From contig NC_042999.1 in NCBI RefSeq assembly GCF_006345805.1, positions 154,442,001 to 154,506,000 of the forward strand: a DNA stretch of 64,000 nucleotides. Direction: 5' to 3'. This stretch comes from Octopus sinensis. Its lineage: Eukaryota. The position numbers were made by a program, and so were the translations under genes. Below the pieces are notes generated by a model, which saw only the letters and a list, made by a program, of their open reading frames with translations, did not search any database and was not told the origin of the DNA. Below are positions 26,455-39,469 of the stretch, piece by piece; within the stretch, counting starts at the first letter, position 1; the number at the start of each line of letters is the position of its first letter.

Positions 26455-26560
26455 AATTAGAGATAAAACCACCATTAGGTAAATCATACAATGAAAAACT
26501 TAAGCCAATACATAAGATTAATTAATTTATATTATTTTAAATATATATCTTTTTTTATTT
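26455..26560 (-). mobile_element. Orphan terminal fragment of the 29911-31066 fold-back family
   Basis: AAATTAGAGATAAAACCACCATTAGG...TTAAATATATATC matches 29911-30003; flanked by (TA)n. Confidence 0.85.
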
Positions 26561-26582
26561 TAAATATTATTTTATTTTATAT

Positions 26583-26613
<31 letters not shown>

Positions 26614-26717
26614 TTGATAAAAATTGTAAGACAACAAAAGAATAAAAGAGACCGCGATATTATGTAAAAGAGGAATTTATCTGTAAATGTAATATGTGAC
26701 AATTACTAGGTAACCAT

Positions 26718-26781
26718 GATAAAACTCCGAGTTTGGGATGCCGAGGTGGAAATCCACGCCGCCGCCATCTCTTCAGTTATC
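26718..26781 (-). ncRNA. Type I hammerhead-like motif (G12>C in this arm)
   Basis: GATAA-CTGAAGA-GATG..CATC-C-CAAAC-TCGGA-GTT-TTATC. Confidence 0.5.
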
Positions 26782-26809
26782 CGGCCATAGCATTTTTTCC
26801 GATGGCCGA

Positions 26810-26869
26810 ATAACTGAAGCGATGGCGGCGTGGATTTCCACCCCGACATCCGAAACTCGGAGTTTTATC
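26810..26869 (+). ncRNA. Type I hammerhead-like motif (A9>C in this arm)
   Basis: ATAA-CTGAAGC-GATG..CATC-C-GAAAC-TCGGA-GTT-TTAT; the consensus of the two arms restores CTGAAGA/GAAA. Confidence 0.55.
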
Positions 26870-26939
26870 ATGGCTATCGAATAATTGTCACATATTACAT
26901 TTACATATATATATATATATCAACATGTGATCTCTTGAG

Positions 26940-27137
26940 CACCACCAGCAAAAATATTTTTTCCTCTGTCTTCCCTTCTTGGGATCTTTCCTTCTCCTTG
27001 TTTCCGACGAAGAGCTCCGCTCGAAACGTTAAACCCTCCTTCCCTTCTTTCCTGAGCGTCAATAATACTTTAATTGTTCCACGTCCTCGCGTTGCTGTGT
27101 TTTTTTCTCTTTTTTTTCTGTGTTTTCTTGTTTGGAT

Positions 27138-27145
<8 letters not shown>
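26940..27145 (+). mobile_element. Family D1 repeat with minimal hammerhead-like motif at 27000-27034
   Basis: GTTT-CCGACGA-A-GAGC-TCC-GCTC-GAAAC-GTT-AAAC; ends in (TA)n. Confidence 0.72.
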
Positions 27146-27173
<28 letters not shown>

Positions 27174-27898
27174 TTAGCCGCGAATACTCAGTTAGCAGTG
27201 CCGGATAAAATCATGAGTTGCGCTTTGGCAAGATATAACACGCTATTGCCGGTGAAGTCCTGAAGCTCTGAAATGAGCGAGAATGCCACTATTGTTTGTA
27301 AGAAGAATGGTTAGAGAGAATGAAATGCAAAGCATAAAAAATACTTTTGTCTCTGGATTTCCACTTTACACAAATTACACTTTTATGAATCTTGGTCTAG
27401 AATATCCATCAGTTTCACTGGCACTGCAATCGTGTACAGGACATGCTACCATTATATGCCTTATGGTCATATTTAGACTATTTTTAATCATAGTCTTATT
27501 CGAGTTGGGTCGCCTCGACCCTAAAGACAAAATCGAACGAAACTGAGAATTGTTTTCTTGTTCACAAAATTTCTGATATTTCTTTATTTCTCTTGAAAGT
27601 CTAATACAAAGAAGCAAATAGCAAATGTCGACATTTTCTGTTTGACATTTCAAATAACAGTAATAATTGATGTGTGATGGACAGACTTTTTCTTCTGTTT
27701 AGTTTAAAGAGGAAAAAACAATATGGAGTTTTTGAGAGATTCATGCTCTCCCAAGTGTATTAGCAACGTAATAGAAGTGAAATGGTTCCAAGAGAGAATC
27801 GAAGGTCAGATTGTGCGCTCACTTCACCGACAACGTATCAGTCTTTCATATTACATTACAAAGGTAATCTAGAGAACAATATCGTTGATGTTGTTGTC

Positions 27899-27899
<1 letters not shown>

Positions 27900-27957
<58 letters not shown>

Positions 27958-28070
27958 CATTATTATTTTGCTTCCTTTTTTTTTCTTCTTTCAAATTTGC
28001 TTCCATTTCTTGCCGAGTGTCTTCCCGACTCCTAGGGCAAAGAAACTCATAGTATACATTGGTAGGCTAT
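27900..28070 (-). mobile_element. (TAA)n array with attached ~100 bp candidate LINE 3' end
   Basis: Minus strand reads ...GGAGTCGGGAAGACACTCGGCAAGAAATGGAAGCAAATTTGAAAG...(TAA)n. No ORF evidence. Confidence 0.35.
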
Positions 28071-28178
28071 TAAACTAAACTCACTAGTTCGTTCATTTTT
28101 TTTTAAGTTAAATTGAAATACATGGGTAGTAATAGTTCTTTTTTAAGTTAAATTAAAATACATGGGTAGTAATAGTTC

Positions 28179-28256
<78 letters not shown>

Positions 28257-28263
28257 GTTCACG

Positions 28264-28480
28264 AACTGGCAAAATCGTTAGCACGCCGGGTGAAAGGCTT
28301 AGCGGGTTTTCCGCCCGTCGCTACGTTCGGGTTCAAATTCCGCCGAGGTCGACTTTGTCTTTCATCCTTTCGGGATCGATAAATTAAGTCCAGTAAAACA
28401 CCGCGGTACATGTAATCGACTTAATCCCCCCCCCCCACAAGCTACCCTCTTGGCAAAAATTTGAAATCATCATTATTATT
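28264..28480 (+). mobile_element. SINE family B, single unit, diverged
   Basis: CTGGCAAAATCGTTAGC...GGGTTCAAATTCCGCCGAGGTCGACTTTG. Confidence 0.8.
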
Positions 28481-28654
28481 ATTTCTTCGTATAACAGTGT
28501 AGGTAAAAATGCACCGGAGCGTTTAGTCATCTGTCAAGTCACAACAAGGACCTCAGACAGATAATACTTTCCCTAAGATGTGCGCTGTTACCAATAAGTC
28601 TGCTTTTTGCAAGACATCAATCTTGCATGGGATTTCCAGTTGCTTAAGAAGTTT

Positions 28655-28746
28655 CTACTATAGCCTCGGGCCGACCAGAGCCTGTGAGTGGATTTGGTAG
28701 AGGGAAACTGAGAGAAGCCCGCCGTATATATGTATATAAATATATA

Positions 28747-28813
<67 letters not shown>

Positions 28814-29174
28814 TATATACCAATTAAGGACTGACATGAAAAGTGGACAGTCAACATGCTTGATATAGACGTCAAATCGCCATTCTCCACAAAGATTATG
28901 TTCTCAAATCAAACTCATCACAAACCAAGCAATAAACATGTGTATTTCGTATATTTTCACTGTTTATTGCTTGGGTTTGTGATGAGTTTGATTTGAGAAC
29001 ATAATCTTTTGCGGAGAATGGAGATTTGACGTCTATATCTAGTATGCTGACTGTCCACTTTTCGTGTTCAGTCCTTAATTGGTATGTATAAATATTTAAT
29101 CTTCGGATTCTTTTTTAATATGCTAGACCACTGGTTTTAATTGATAAATATTGATTTCTACCCTTAATTAATTT

Positions 29175-29217
<43 letters not shown>

Positions 29218-29475
29218 CTCTCTATATATATATGTGTGTATGTATATATGTATATGTATGTATATATATGTATGTGTGTGTATACGTTTGTGTGTCTGTG
29301 TTTGTCTCCGCTTGATAGCTTATGCTGGTGTGTTTACGTCCCCGAAACTTAATGGTTCGGCAAAAGAGACCGATAGAATAAGTACTAAGTTTACAAAGAA
29401 TAAGACCTGGCGTTGATTTGCTCGACTAAAGGTGGCATGGCCGTAGTCAAATGACTGAAACGAATAAAAGAATAT
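28655..29475 (+). mobile_element. SINE family A split at its internal microsatellite by fold-back B
   Basis: Head remnant 28655-28730; tail 29270-29475. Confidence 0.75.
28820..29175. repeat. Fold-back palindrome B (arms 28820-28938 / 28961-29082, unpaired tail to ~29175)
   Basis: CCAATTAAGGACTGA...TCAGTCCTTAATTGG; 22-nt spacer; TA repeats on both sides. Confidence 0.93.
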
Positions 29476-29834
29476 ATATACACAGAAGGATAAGCATATT
29501 AAAAGGGGTCCGTGGGAAAACTTTAAATAAAAGTGTAGGGAACCACTGTGAATAGGTTGGGAACCACTGGACTAAATCCTTCAAGGTAATACCCCAGTAT
29601 GGTCATTGTGGCCATGCTGGGGTAATACCACAGCATAGCCACAGTGCATTTACAGAAACGATTTATAAATTAGATAAAAGATAAAAAGCGTAGGAGTGGC
29701 TGTGTGGTAAGTAGCTTGCTTACGAACCACATTGTTCAGCGTTTAGTCTCAATGCGTGACACCATGGGCAAGTGTCTTCTACTATAGCCTCGTGAGTGGA
29801 TTTGGTAGACGGAAACTGAAAGAAGCCTGTCGTG

Positions 29835-29894
<60 letters not shown>

Positions 29895-30033
29895 ATATAT
29901 TATGTTATATAAATTAGAGATAAAACCACTATTAGGCAATCATACAATGAAAAACTTAAGCCAATACATAAGATTAATTAATTTATATTATTTAAATATA
30001 TATCAAAATTATTAAAAAAGATAATTAATATAA

Positions 30034-30097
30034 CACTACGATCGTTTCATGGCTGTTCAATTGTTAAAATTTTCGAGTTACAGTCATTCTTCAGGTC
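30034..30097 (-). ncRNA. Type I hammerhead ribozyme motif (left arm)
   Basis: Reverse complement reads GAC-CTGAAGA-ATGACTG..CAGCCAT-GAAAC-GATC-GTA-GTG. Confidence 0.62.
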
Positions 30098-30789
30098 GTT
30101 TACATATCTAAAATATAATCAATATTTTAAATATAATAATATATATAATACAATAATTTTACTTATAATAACTCTATTATCAAATATGATTATATCCAAA
30201 TCGACTATAATGTTAATATAATTATTTTAATTTATAAGGTAGGAAAAACCCATAATCTAATATCAATATTAGTCTATATCTAATTACATAAATATTTAAA
30301 ATGACTAATATATAAGATTATCAATGAAAATATATATATAAATATTATAATCAAGATCTAAAATAATCTCTATAAATAATTGTATATAATAAAAACCTAA
30401 TAAATTTAATTTTCCATACTTAAAGATGAAATAGCTAATTTCAAAATACAAATAAACTAACTTAAATATGGAAAATTAAATTTATTAGGTTTTTATTATA
30501 TACAATTATTTATAGAGATTATTTTAGATCTTGATTATAATATTTATATATATATTTTCATTGATAATTTATATATATTAGTCATTTTAAATATTTATAT
30601 AATTAGATATAGACTAATATTGATATTAGATTATGGGTTTCCTACCTTATAAATTAAAATTAATATTTAACATTATAGTCGATTTGGATATAATCATATT
30701 TGATAATAGAGTTTATTATAAGTAAAATTATTGTATTATATATATTATTTATATCTTAAAAATATTGATTATATTTTAGATATGTAAAC

Positions 30790-30853
30790 CACCTGAAGAA
30801 TGACTGTAACTCGAAAATTTTAACAATTGAACAGCCATGAAACGATCGTAGTG
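30790..30853 (+). ncRNA. Type I hammerhead ribozyme motif (right arm)
   Basis: Helix I CAC/GTG; core CTGAAGA 30793-99; helix II ATGACTG/CAGCCAT (6 of 7 pairs); GAAA; palindromic helix III ACGATCGT; predicted cut after GUA at 30850. Confidence 0.68.
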
Positions 30854-31078
30854 TTATATTAATTATCTTTTTTAATAATTTTGATATATATTTAAATAAT
30901 ATAAATTAATTAATCTTATGTATTGGCTTAAGTTTTTCATTGTATGATTTGCCTAATAGTGGTTTTATCTCTAATTTAATATAATATAATATTTTACTAT
31001 AAAATTGGACTCAATCCTAAATCTGATTTTTCCCTGTAAGTTTGGATTTATTCCCTAATATTTTATTATATATATATA

Positions 31079-31147
<69 letters not shown>

Positions 31148-31181
31148 TGTATGTATGTATGTATGTATGTATGTATGTATG

Positions 31182-31218
<37 letters not shown>

Positions 31219-31504
31219 ATACGTTTGTGTGTCTGTGTTTGTCCCCCCAACAACGCTTGAAAACCTATACTGGTGTGTTTACGTCTCCGTAACTTAATGG
31301 TTCGGCAAAAGATACCGATAGAATAAGTACTAGGCTTGCAACTAATAAGTCCTGGGGTCGATCTGCTCGACTAAAATCGGTGCTCCAGCATGACCACAGT
31401 CAAATGACTGAAACAAGTAAAAGAGTAAAGAGTAAAAAGAGTAATGAGTACAGGTATTTGGTTTTCGAGTGAATAACGTCTTTCTTTCTGTATATTCTGT
31501 GTTT

Positions 31505-31827
31505 CGATTCCCAGACCGGGCGTTGTGAGTGTTTATTGAGCGAAAACACCTAAAGCTCCACGAGGCTCCGGCAGGGATGGTGGTGATCCCTGCTGTACTC
31601 TTTCATCACAACTTTCTCTCACTCTTACTTCCTGTTTCTGTTGTACCTGTATTTCAAAGGGCCGGCCTTGTCACTCTCTGTGTCACGCTGAATATCCCCG
31701 AGAACTACGTTAAGGGTACACGTGTCTGTGGAGTGCTCAGCCACTTACACGTTAATTTCACGAGCATGCTGTTCCGTTGATCGGATCAACCGGAACCCTC
31801 GTCGTCGTAACCGACGGAGTGCTTCCA
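31505..31827 (+). mobile_element. SINE family C, 5'-truncated
   Basis: Nearly identical to 45955-46280. Confidence 0.9.
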
Positions 31828-32490
31828 TCCATATTCTGTGTTACTTATAAAATACTAAGCTGCAAAGTTACATTCATAAAAAAACAAAACCGTTTTGTGA
31901 GGACAGAAAAAAAATGTCATTGAATCAATCTTCTCCAGTTCTAAATAGAATTCTATTTATCACGTGTACTATTTCACATGCTGCGTGGTAGAGTATATAA
32001 CAATAAAGTAGTAACGTCAATATGACGGTAAAAGCATGGAATTAACATAAAAATAGTGGAGATCATCATGAATGAGAAAAACCTTTTTGTTTAGCCCTAG
32101 GACTCGTAAGTCGATTATCTAGTCTCTATAGCGTATAAGTGACCGAGCTCATTCTCATTACCTCGCCGTTCCGTTGCAGAGTTCAAGGCCAGCGGTTTTG
32201 AGTGGAGGTGGCAAGTCGATTACATCGAGGCCGGTGTGAACTGGTTCTCCAGTAAAGGAAACGTTGACGTCAGCGGAATTTGAACCGAGGCCACAGAGCA
32301 CCGGAAGGATTTGCCGCTAAGCGTTTAGTCCTATGTGCTAATGATTCTGCTAGCTCACTGCCACCTTCGTAAATAAGATCGAAAGACTATAGAAAAGTGA
32401 ACTTTGTATCCATTCATTGTAAAATCTGTATACATATATATATATGTATGTCTGTGAGTGTGTTTGTGCATGTGTGTATATGTGTGTATG

Positions 32491-32578
<88 letters not shown>

Positions 32579-32660
32579 TGTAAGTATATATATATATATA
32601 TGTAGAAATATCATTATTTCTAATTCTCTCTGAAGGAGACTATGTCAGCGGTACTGGATA

Positions 32661-32816
32661 TTAATAGTTAACGCCAAGCTAACATGGCAGTCCAGAAAAA
32701 TAGGACGAATGATGCCGTTGATTAGCTCCAAGAGGCCTCTTGGAGCTAATAAACGGCAGCACTTGTCTTCGTCCTATTTTTCTGGACTGCCATGTTAGCT
32801 TGGCGATAACTATTAA
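32661..32816. mobile_element. Short fully palindromic MITE (GCCAAGCTAACATGGCAGTCC termini)
   Basis: Arms meet at CCAAGAGGCCTCTTGG; a half copy lies at 58941-58983. Confidence 0.8.
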
Positions 32817-32822
32817 CATACA

Positions 32823-32872
<50 letters not shown>

Positions 32873-32895
32873 ATATACACCCACATACATATATA

Positions 32896-33188
32896 CCATA
32901 TTTGATGGCCTATAAGACGCACCTTTTTTTATCCAAAAATGGCTTTAAAAATCCCACTCAAAACTCGCTCAAAAAGGTATTATGTTTACAAAACATGTGC
33001 TAGCGTCTATTGGTGAACAATCGCCTACGGTATGTTTATATCGAATGTGGATGCAATAAATTGCTTATAAGCTTATAATTACCGGTAATAACATAAAGTT
33101 GTACAGGTAAGTGAGGATTTAAAATATTATTTTAGTGGTAATTTATGCATCCTATGCATTCCTGCGTCTTATGCGCCATCAAATACGG
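32896..33188. mobile_element. pogo/Tc2-type MITE
   Basis: TA|CCATATTTGATGGCCTATAAGACGCA ... TGCGTCTTATGCGCCATCAAATACGG|TA. Confidence 0.8.
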
Positions 33189-33361
33189 TATTTGTAACAC
33201 ATGGTATAATTATAAAGAGGGAGAATTTTAGCCATTTCTGCGCAGATTGAAAAAATGATGAACAACCTTAATCGATTTTCGAACCATATTGGGTTCTCAT
33301 TAGAGGCGTCTACATCATTTTGACAATCTCCAGAGAAACAACATATATATATATATATATA

Positions 33362-33416
<55 letters not shown>

Positions 33417-33445
33417 TATATATACACATAGTAAAGCTTACATAC

Positions 33446-33867
33446 GACGATGTTACAGGTATTTAGCCCCAGGAAAACATCTTTTCCACTGTAAGCAAGG
33501 GATCCAATGTTCTCTCTCCAGCATTAGCAACACCTCCAGACCAATTGCTTCTGGGTAATTTCCCTTCTTCGGCACAGGACAATCGCTGGCTAGAGGTGGC
33601 TAGAGGTGTCACCTTAAAAGTATATACAGTGAACGAGGTTGAATAGCTACTATCTCCAGCCAACGATTGTTCTGTACTGAGGAAGTGAAATTACCCAGAA
33701 ACCATTGGCGTGCAGGTGTTGCTAAGGCTGGAGGGTGAGCATTAGATCTCTTGCTCACAGTATACGGATACAGATGATCTGTCGGTGTTCAGCTGGAAAA
33801 GGTGTTTTTCTGGGGTTAAACAGTAGTAATATCATCCTAAGCAGGACTGCCACTCTACGTTGGCAAA
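33446..33867. mobile_element. Old, diverged long-TIR MITE related to 46553-46935
   Basis: Shares TTTAGCCCCAGGAAA.CATC, GGCTAGAGGTGGC and GGACTGCCA...GTTGGCAAA; imperfect inverted arms. Confidence 0.65.
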
Positions 33868-34379
33868 CAGGCTTTACTATGCATTAGTATTACTATATAT
33901 CTCTCGCTAAGAGATTTAAAACTAATTGTTTCTCTCTTCATATATATATATATCTCACGGTCTAACACACACACACACGCACATATACATGTGTGTTTGT
34001 GTGCGTGCGTATATGTATGTGTGTGTGTGTTTGTGTGTTTTATATAATGGTATTTAAACGTAGCGTATGCAAATTACCTGCATATTTCAGAAAAATATTC
34101 TCGTTTCAAAAAAATATGTTCTCATTCGCCTTTTGTAGCCTATAAATACAATAAAAATATAGCACTTCTAGCACCTCTAATCTAATCATTTAATTAACTA
34201 GCACCTCTAATCATTGGTATTTCTTAACACTCTACTCTGAAAAACAGCTGCAACAGAGGGGAAAACCTGTTCATTGTGCAACAGCATGAATTAAATTAAC
34301 TCCATCGCAAACTATAACAGAAATGTTATGATTTTTACCGAAAGTGAACTTGTAAGAATTCTCATTTGTTGTAAGCAGG

Positions 34380-35245
34380 GGAAAGACCAAACACAACTTG
34401 ATTGCTTGGCCAAAGTGGAAGGTGTCTGTCTTCAACCCTTTCGGTCTGGTCCACTATACAGCCTTTTTCGCTAAGACAACCAGGCAGATAAATACTGATT
34501 GTCCTTGCCAGCGAAAAGAAGGTAGCTTGACGATCTTCACTGTGGACTCAGCTGTTAGCCGGGTCCGTTCTACACACGACAGCATGTGGTCAACATAGCT
34601 CCATATGTCAGCAATACAGGACGTGTCCGTCTAGAACTTTTTCGTCGCTCAACGCAGATCACAAGCGGGTCCGGCTGACAGCACTTCCCTGTGTGTAGAT
34701 TTTATCTCGAACTGGCAATGCTCCTCTGTAACTATTCCAGGCAGGAGACTTCTGAGAGTTATCCATAGACCCCGGTTCGAAAGTCCGCCGGAAAAGACTA
34801 GCCAGTTGACTCCCGTCCATGCCTAAAACTTCCCTGGGAACGTCGACGCTCTTGCCTGCCACTAACCCTCTGTAAAGCGCCGAAGTGGAAGTTTCATCGA
34901 CTGACAGAGTGCTGTGAATACCTGACGACACTCTAGAGGTCAGGAGCCCCGCATCGATCTACACTTGATCCAGGACTGCAGCTCAGTCAAAGAAACGAGA
35001 TGCGGGAAAAGGAATCTGACAAATGGTGACTGCCCAGTGGACCACGGCCCTTCGGTAGGGAGTGGGAAATCAGGCGCTCCAGTCCAGTAATACACGAACG
35101 GGGCCAAGGTATTACCGTGAAGCAGTAATATACGACGGAGGCGATGAATGCGTTTGCAGCCTCTGCCCGATTTTTTAGGGATAGTTTTCTTTCGGCCCAT
35201 TTCTAGGTGAGATTGGCCACCCTGCTCGTCTCCTCGTCTCAACCC
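34380..35245 (-). mobile_element. L1/Tx1-clade LINE fragment (post-RT and zf-RVT region), disrupted
   Basis: WAERKLSLKNRAEAANAFIASVVYYCFTVIP; AWNSYRGALPVRDKIYTQGSAVSRT; WTRPKGLKTDTF. Confidence 0.78.
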
Positions 35246-36147
35246 TTTCTAATTTAGACACAAAATCAAAACTTACAGGAGAAGACTTTAGTCAATTCCG
35301 TCGACTTCAGTAGATTACTGGTATTCTGTTTGATCGACACCGCAGATATTAAAGGTAAACTTGATTTTAACGAGATTTGCATTCAGAACCTAAAAAGTAG
35401 GATTTCTCTACAGTTTTCTTCAAACCAATTCAGTTCTGAAGCTTTAGTTATTGGGTGGAAAAATTCACTGATCAAGGGTGCCACGTTTGAGGATCAAAAT
35501 CAAATTCAAGCAATTGCGAAGCAAATTTCTTAATGACGCAGCTGTGACCTGCATCTTTGTTAGAAATTACGTTATATTTATGACAAAAATCTCGCAGGTT
35601 ACCCGGAAAATAAAATATAACCTGATCAGAAAACTAACAAACCACCAAGGATTTATGGCATTTACGCAGTTATCCTCAAATCGAATGGAACTAACGTAAA
35701 TTCCATTTCCAAAACTTCCTAAAGAAATCCTTGGATCAATAGAATGCCGCCATTAAACTAGCAGAAGAGAATGATAACATCAATTTTTCACAAAACTTTC
35801 AACAAATATCTATCATTCCGTCAGCTTGGAGTTCACCATTTTATGTTGTATCCTTTTGATGTGGAACTCTGCTAACAGCTGCAGTTGCCATTATTTCGCT
35901 ATCCTCTAAAACAGCCAATAATTGCAAGTATTGGAAATTGGGTCGCAACTGATATCAGCAATAATATTAATATCTTTTTAATGCTGTTGGTGGGTTTGTT
36001 TTAGTTATATGCTCAGTTAGATAGGCTTCAAAGGGGTTAGAATCAATGCATCTACATAGAAGCCTTACTGAGGTATACATATATCATGCATATATACATA
36101 CATAGATACATACATACATGTATTTTATACAAACATACATACCTACG

Positions 36148-36224
<77 letters not shown>

Positions 36225-36363
36225 TGTATGTATGTATGTATATACATAAATATATAATATACACACACACTGATATATATATATATATATATAGATATAT
36301 ATTATATATATATATATATATATAATATATATATATATATACATAAATATATATATACACACA

Positions 36364-36413
<50 letters not shown>

Positions 36414-36415
36414 GA

Positions 36416-39400
36416 TCTCTGTATCTGTACGTACATAAGGATGTGTGTGTGTGTGTGTGTACGTGAATGTAATTTATGCACGTTCATAAATTAGCACGCA
36501 TGTCGCTCCAGTTTTAGGAGGACATTCGTCACGATCCTAGCTGTATTTTCGTCGAATTATTTTTCCCGAGGCACCCGTGGGTAGCCGTAAAAATCGATGT
36601 TCAGCCTTAACTTTTACGAATTTTGAAGTTTGCTAACATGAGTTAAGTCCCTTCTTGGCATAGCGAAGTGAAAATGTGTGAGTGTTTGTGTGTGTGTGTG
36701 ATGGATAGAGAAGTTGTGTGTTGAAGTATGTGTGTGTGAGAGAAAGAGAGAGATAGAGTAAGTGACAGCGTTCACCAAAAATAAAAATGTATAATGTTCT
36801 TTTTTTTTCTTTAACACGAGATATAGTATTATATTTTATAATCAGATTATATATACTTTCTCACACAACAGTTAAAATATATTTATTTTAAATCATTTAT
36901 TTATTTTAAATCTTTGATCTTCTCCCCCCCCTCTCTCTCTCACACACACACATTACTTTGGGTGCGAAAGAGTTTTACTTTTATTTTACGCCGAGGAAAA
37001 AGTGTTATGTTGAGAATCCATTTATTTAACAACATAGAAACAAATAGGTAGGTAACAATTCGTCAGTGAATTACACAATACAAATGGGTAAAATTTCCGA
37101 GGCTCTTCCATACCCCATTCCGTTTCTTAGACCACAAAAAGGGTTTTATAGTATATTTGGAGGCCAGGGTAGTTGATTCCACGCAAAAAAATCCAATTTT
37201 CTTTTCTTAGTGAAAATCGTGCGAGTGTTATCTAAAAATTTGCCTGGAGTTTTTCGTGGTAAATTTGAGATTAAAAACAAATGTTTTCCATATTCTTAAT
37301 CTCCGCATTTTCCCATGTACATTGAAAAATAGATGGTGAAAAGATCAATGGGTGCGGGGGGTGAAATTTTCGAGGCTTCCACCACACTCCATCCTGTTTT
37401 TCGGACCACAAAAATGGGTTTGTAGCATATTAGGAGGCCAGAGTAGTTGATTCCACGCAAAAAATCCGATTTTTTTTTTTAGTAGATCTCGTGCAAGTGT
37501 TAATCTAAACATTTAATCTAAAACCTTTTTTCCATTCATTTCTCTTTATGAAATTCTCTGTACGTAATTTTGCTTTCTCGGTGGTCAAAGCAAATGATGA
37601 CTGGCAAAATATCAGTGGCCTAATGCTGACATTGGATACAATGACCTGATCTACAATAATGCGTTAATTGAAATCGAGGATGTCCTGCTCAAAATGGGTG
37701 GGGCAGCGTTGAACACATTCAGTTTGCCATCTCATTGCGACAGGACGTTAACACACTCCCACCAAAGTTACTTCTGGAGTTGTCGTATGACGCTGATGGC
37801 CTTACGGAGTACCTGAGAGTAAATGAACCGAAATTACTCCCTGATCAGAGGCTGGTGTGCGAAACTGTCGTCAGTGCCGTTGAAAAACAGGCGGGCGGTA
37901 TTTTTTTCCTCGATGCTGCTAGAAGTACCGTCAAGTCCTTTGTAACACAATTAATACTTGATTAGAATCGTCGCGAGAAACAAATTGCACTAGCCGTTGC
38001 TTGCTCGGGAATCGCTGCTACGTTACTGCCGGGAGGTAGGACGGCGCACTCGGCATTCAAGCTGCCTTTACATTTGGTGAGGGCCGAGGTTCCTACTTGC
38101 AACATTGGCAAAATTTGAGAGGAAGCTGAAGATCTTAGACAGTGCCGTTTTATTGTATGGGACGAATGCACAATGACCAATAAGGGTGCCCTTGAGGCAC
38201 AGGACCGGTCACTGGAAGGTATCAGGGATTCTTCTATGAGTGGTGCAACTCCATTGCTTTCAGGAGATTTCAGGCAAACCCTTCCTGTTATCCCTAAAGG
38301 GAGCCGGGCTGCTGAAGTGCGCGCATGCCTTAAGTCATCCACGTTGTGGCTCCAGGTTAAGACCTTGAGCCTAAGCACAAACATGCATGCACATTTGCTT
38401 GGTGATATCACGTCTGCAGCATTTTCTGAAGAGATTTTAGCCCTTGGAGAAGGCAAGGTCCCTAGGAATGATAGGGGCGACATAACCATCTCTGAACTGT
38501 GCAAAACCGTGAACAACCCTTCCGATCTTTTGGAAACAGTGTTCCCCAATCTGGAAAGTAATTATGCAGACATCTATTGGCTCATTGAAAGAACCACCCT
38601 GGCCCCTAAAAACGTAGCTGTCAGTGCTATCAGCGACCAGCCCATAAGCCGAATTCCGGGTGAAGAGCGCATCTACAAATCGATTGACCGGATCTCTGAC
38701 CCCCAAGACATTGTCAATTACTCTATCGAGTTTCTCAACTCATTGGAGCCAGCAGGGCTTCCACCTCACATTCTTAGGCTAAGGGTTGGATGCCCAATTA
38801 TGCTAATCAGAAACTTTCCTTCCGCCTAAACAGTGCAACGGGACCCGCTTTGTAATCAAGTACCGGACGTCCCACATGATTGAGGGAGGCCACCATTGTT
38901 ACAGGGTGCGGGAGGGGTGAAAATGTTTTCATTTCAAGGATGCACCTTTATCCCTCGGGCTTAGACATGCCGTTTAACCTCCGCAGATCGCAGTTCCCGG
39001 TGAGACCATGCTTCGCCATGTCCATCAACAAATCCCAAGGCCAAAAACTATCGGTAGCAGGCATCCATTTGGGGTTTTCCATTAAATCAAGATAAAAAAA
39101 ATTGATAAACCGATTCCTTATAGGATTTCCCACTAAAATTGTCTACACCCATTTTCAACCATAACTTTTACCAATTTTGACATATTTTGCTCAAACTTGA
39201 TGCCAGCATTACTTAGGACTCATGGGATCTTTGAATCCTTTAAGTTCTCAAAAAAAAGAAACAATCGATGAGTGGAAATAATCGATAAACCGATTCCTTA
39301 TAGGATTTCTCAATCAAATTGCCTGCAACCCATTTTCAGCCAAATGTTTACCAATTTCAACGGATTTCATCAAATTTGATGTCGGTGTCATTTATTTTGG

Positions 39401-39469
39401 TTTGAAATAAAGCGCTTGGTCACTTAATAATACTAACTTAATCCCGGACAATGCCGAGTTATACTGCTA

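Larger units (their letters stand above)
26612..26905. repeat. Fold-back palindrome E (arms 26682-26788 / 26802-26905, 13-nt loop, unpaired tail 26612-26681)
   Basis: Arms are reverse complements with a few substitutions; TA repeats on both sides. Confidence 0.92.
29911..31066. repeat. Fold-back palindrome F (arms 29911-30418 / 30467-30977, 48-nt spacer, tail to ~31066)
   Basis: About 510 bp near-perfect inverted arms, very AT-rich, TA-flanked. Confidence 0.95.
29687..31445 (+). mobile_element. SINE family A split by fold-back F
   Basis: Head 29687-29835 and tail 31210-31445, same orientation. Confidence 0.8.

Noticed and set aside
29540-29572. hAT-like end GGGAACCACTG twice
   Set aside because: No matching opposite terminus or 8-bp TSD found.
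37962-38706. Minus-strand ORFs of 195 and 89 aa
   Set aside because: Antisense shadows of the PIF1 pseudogene.
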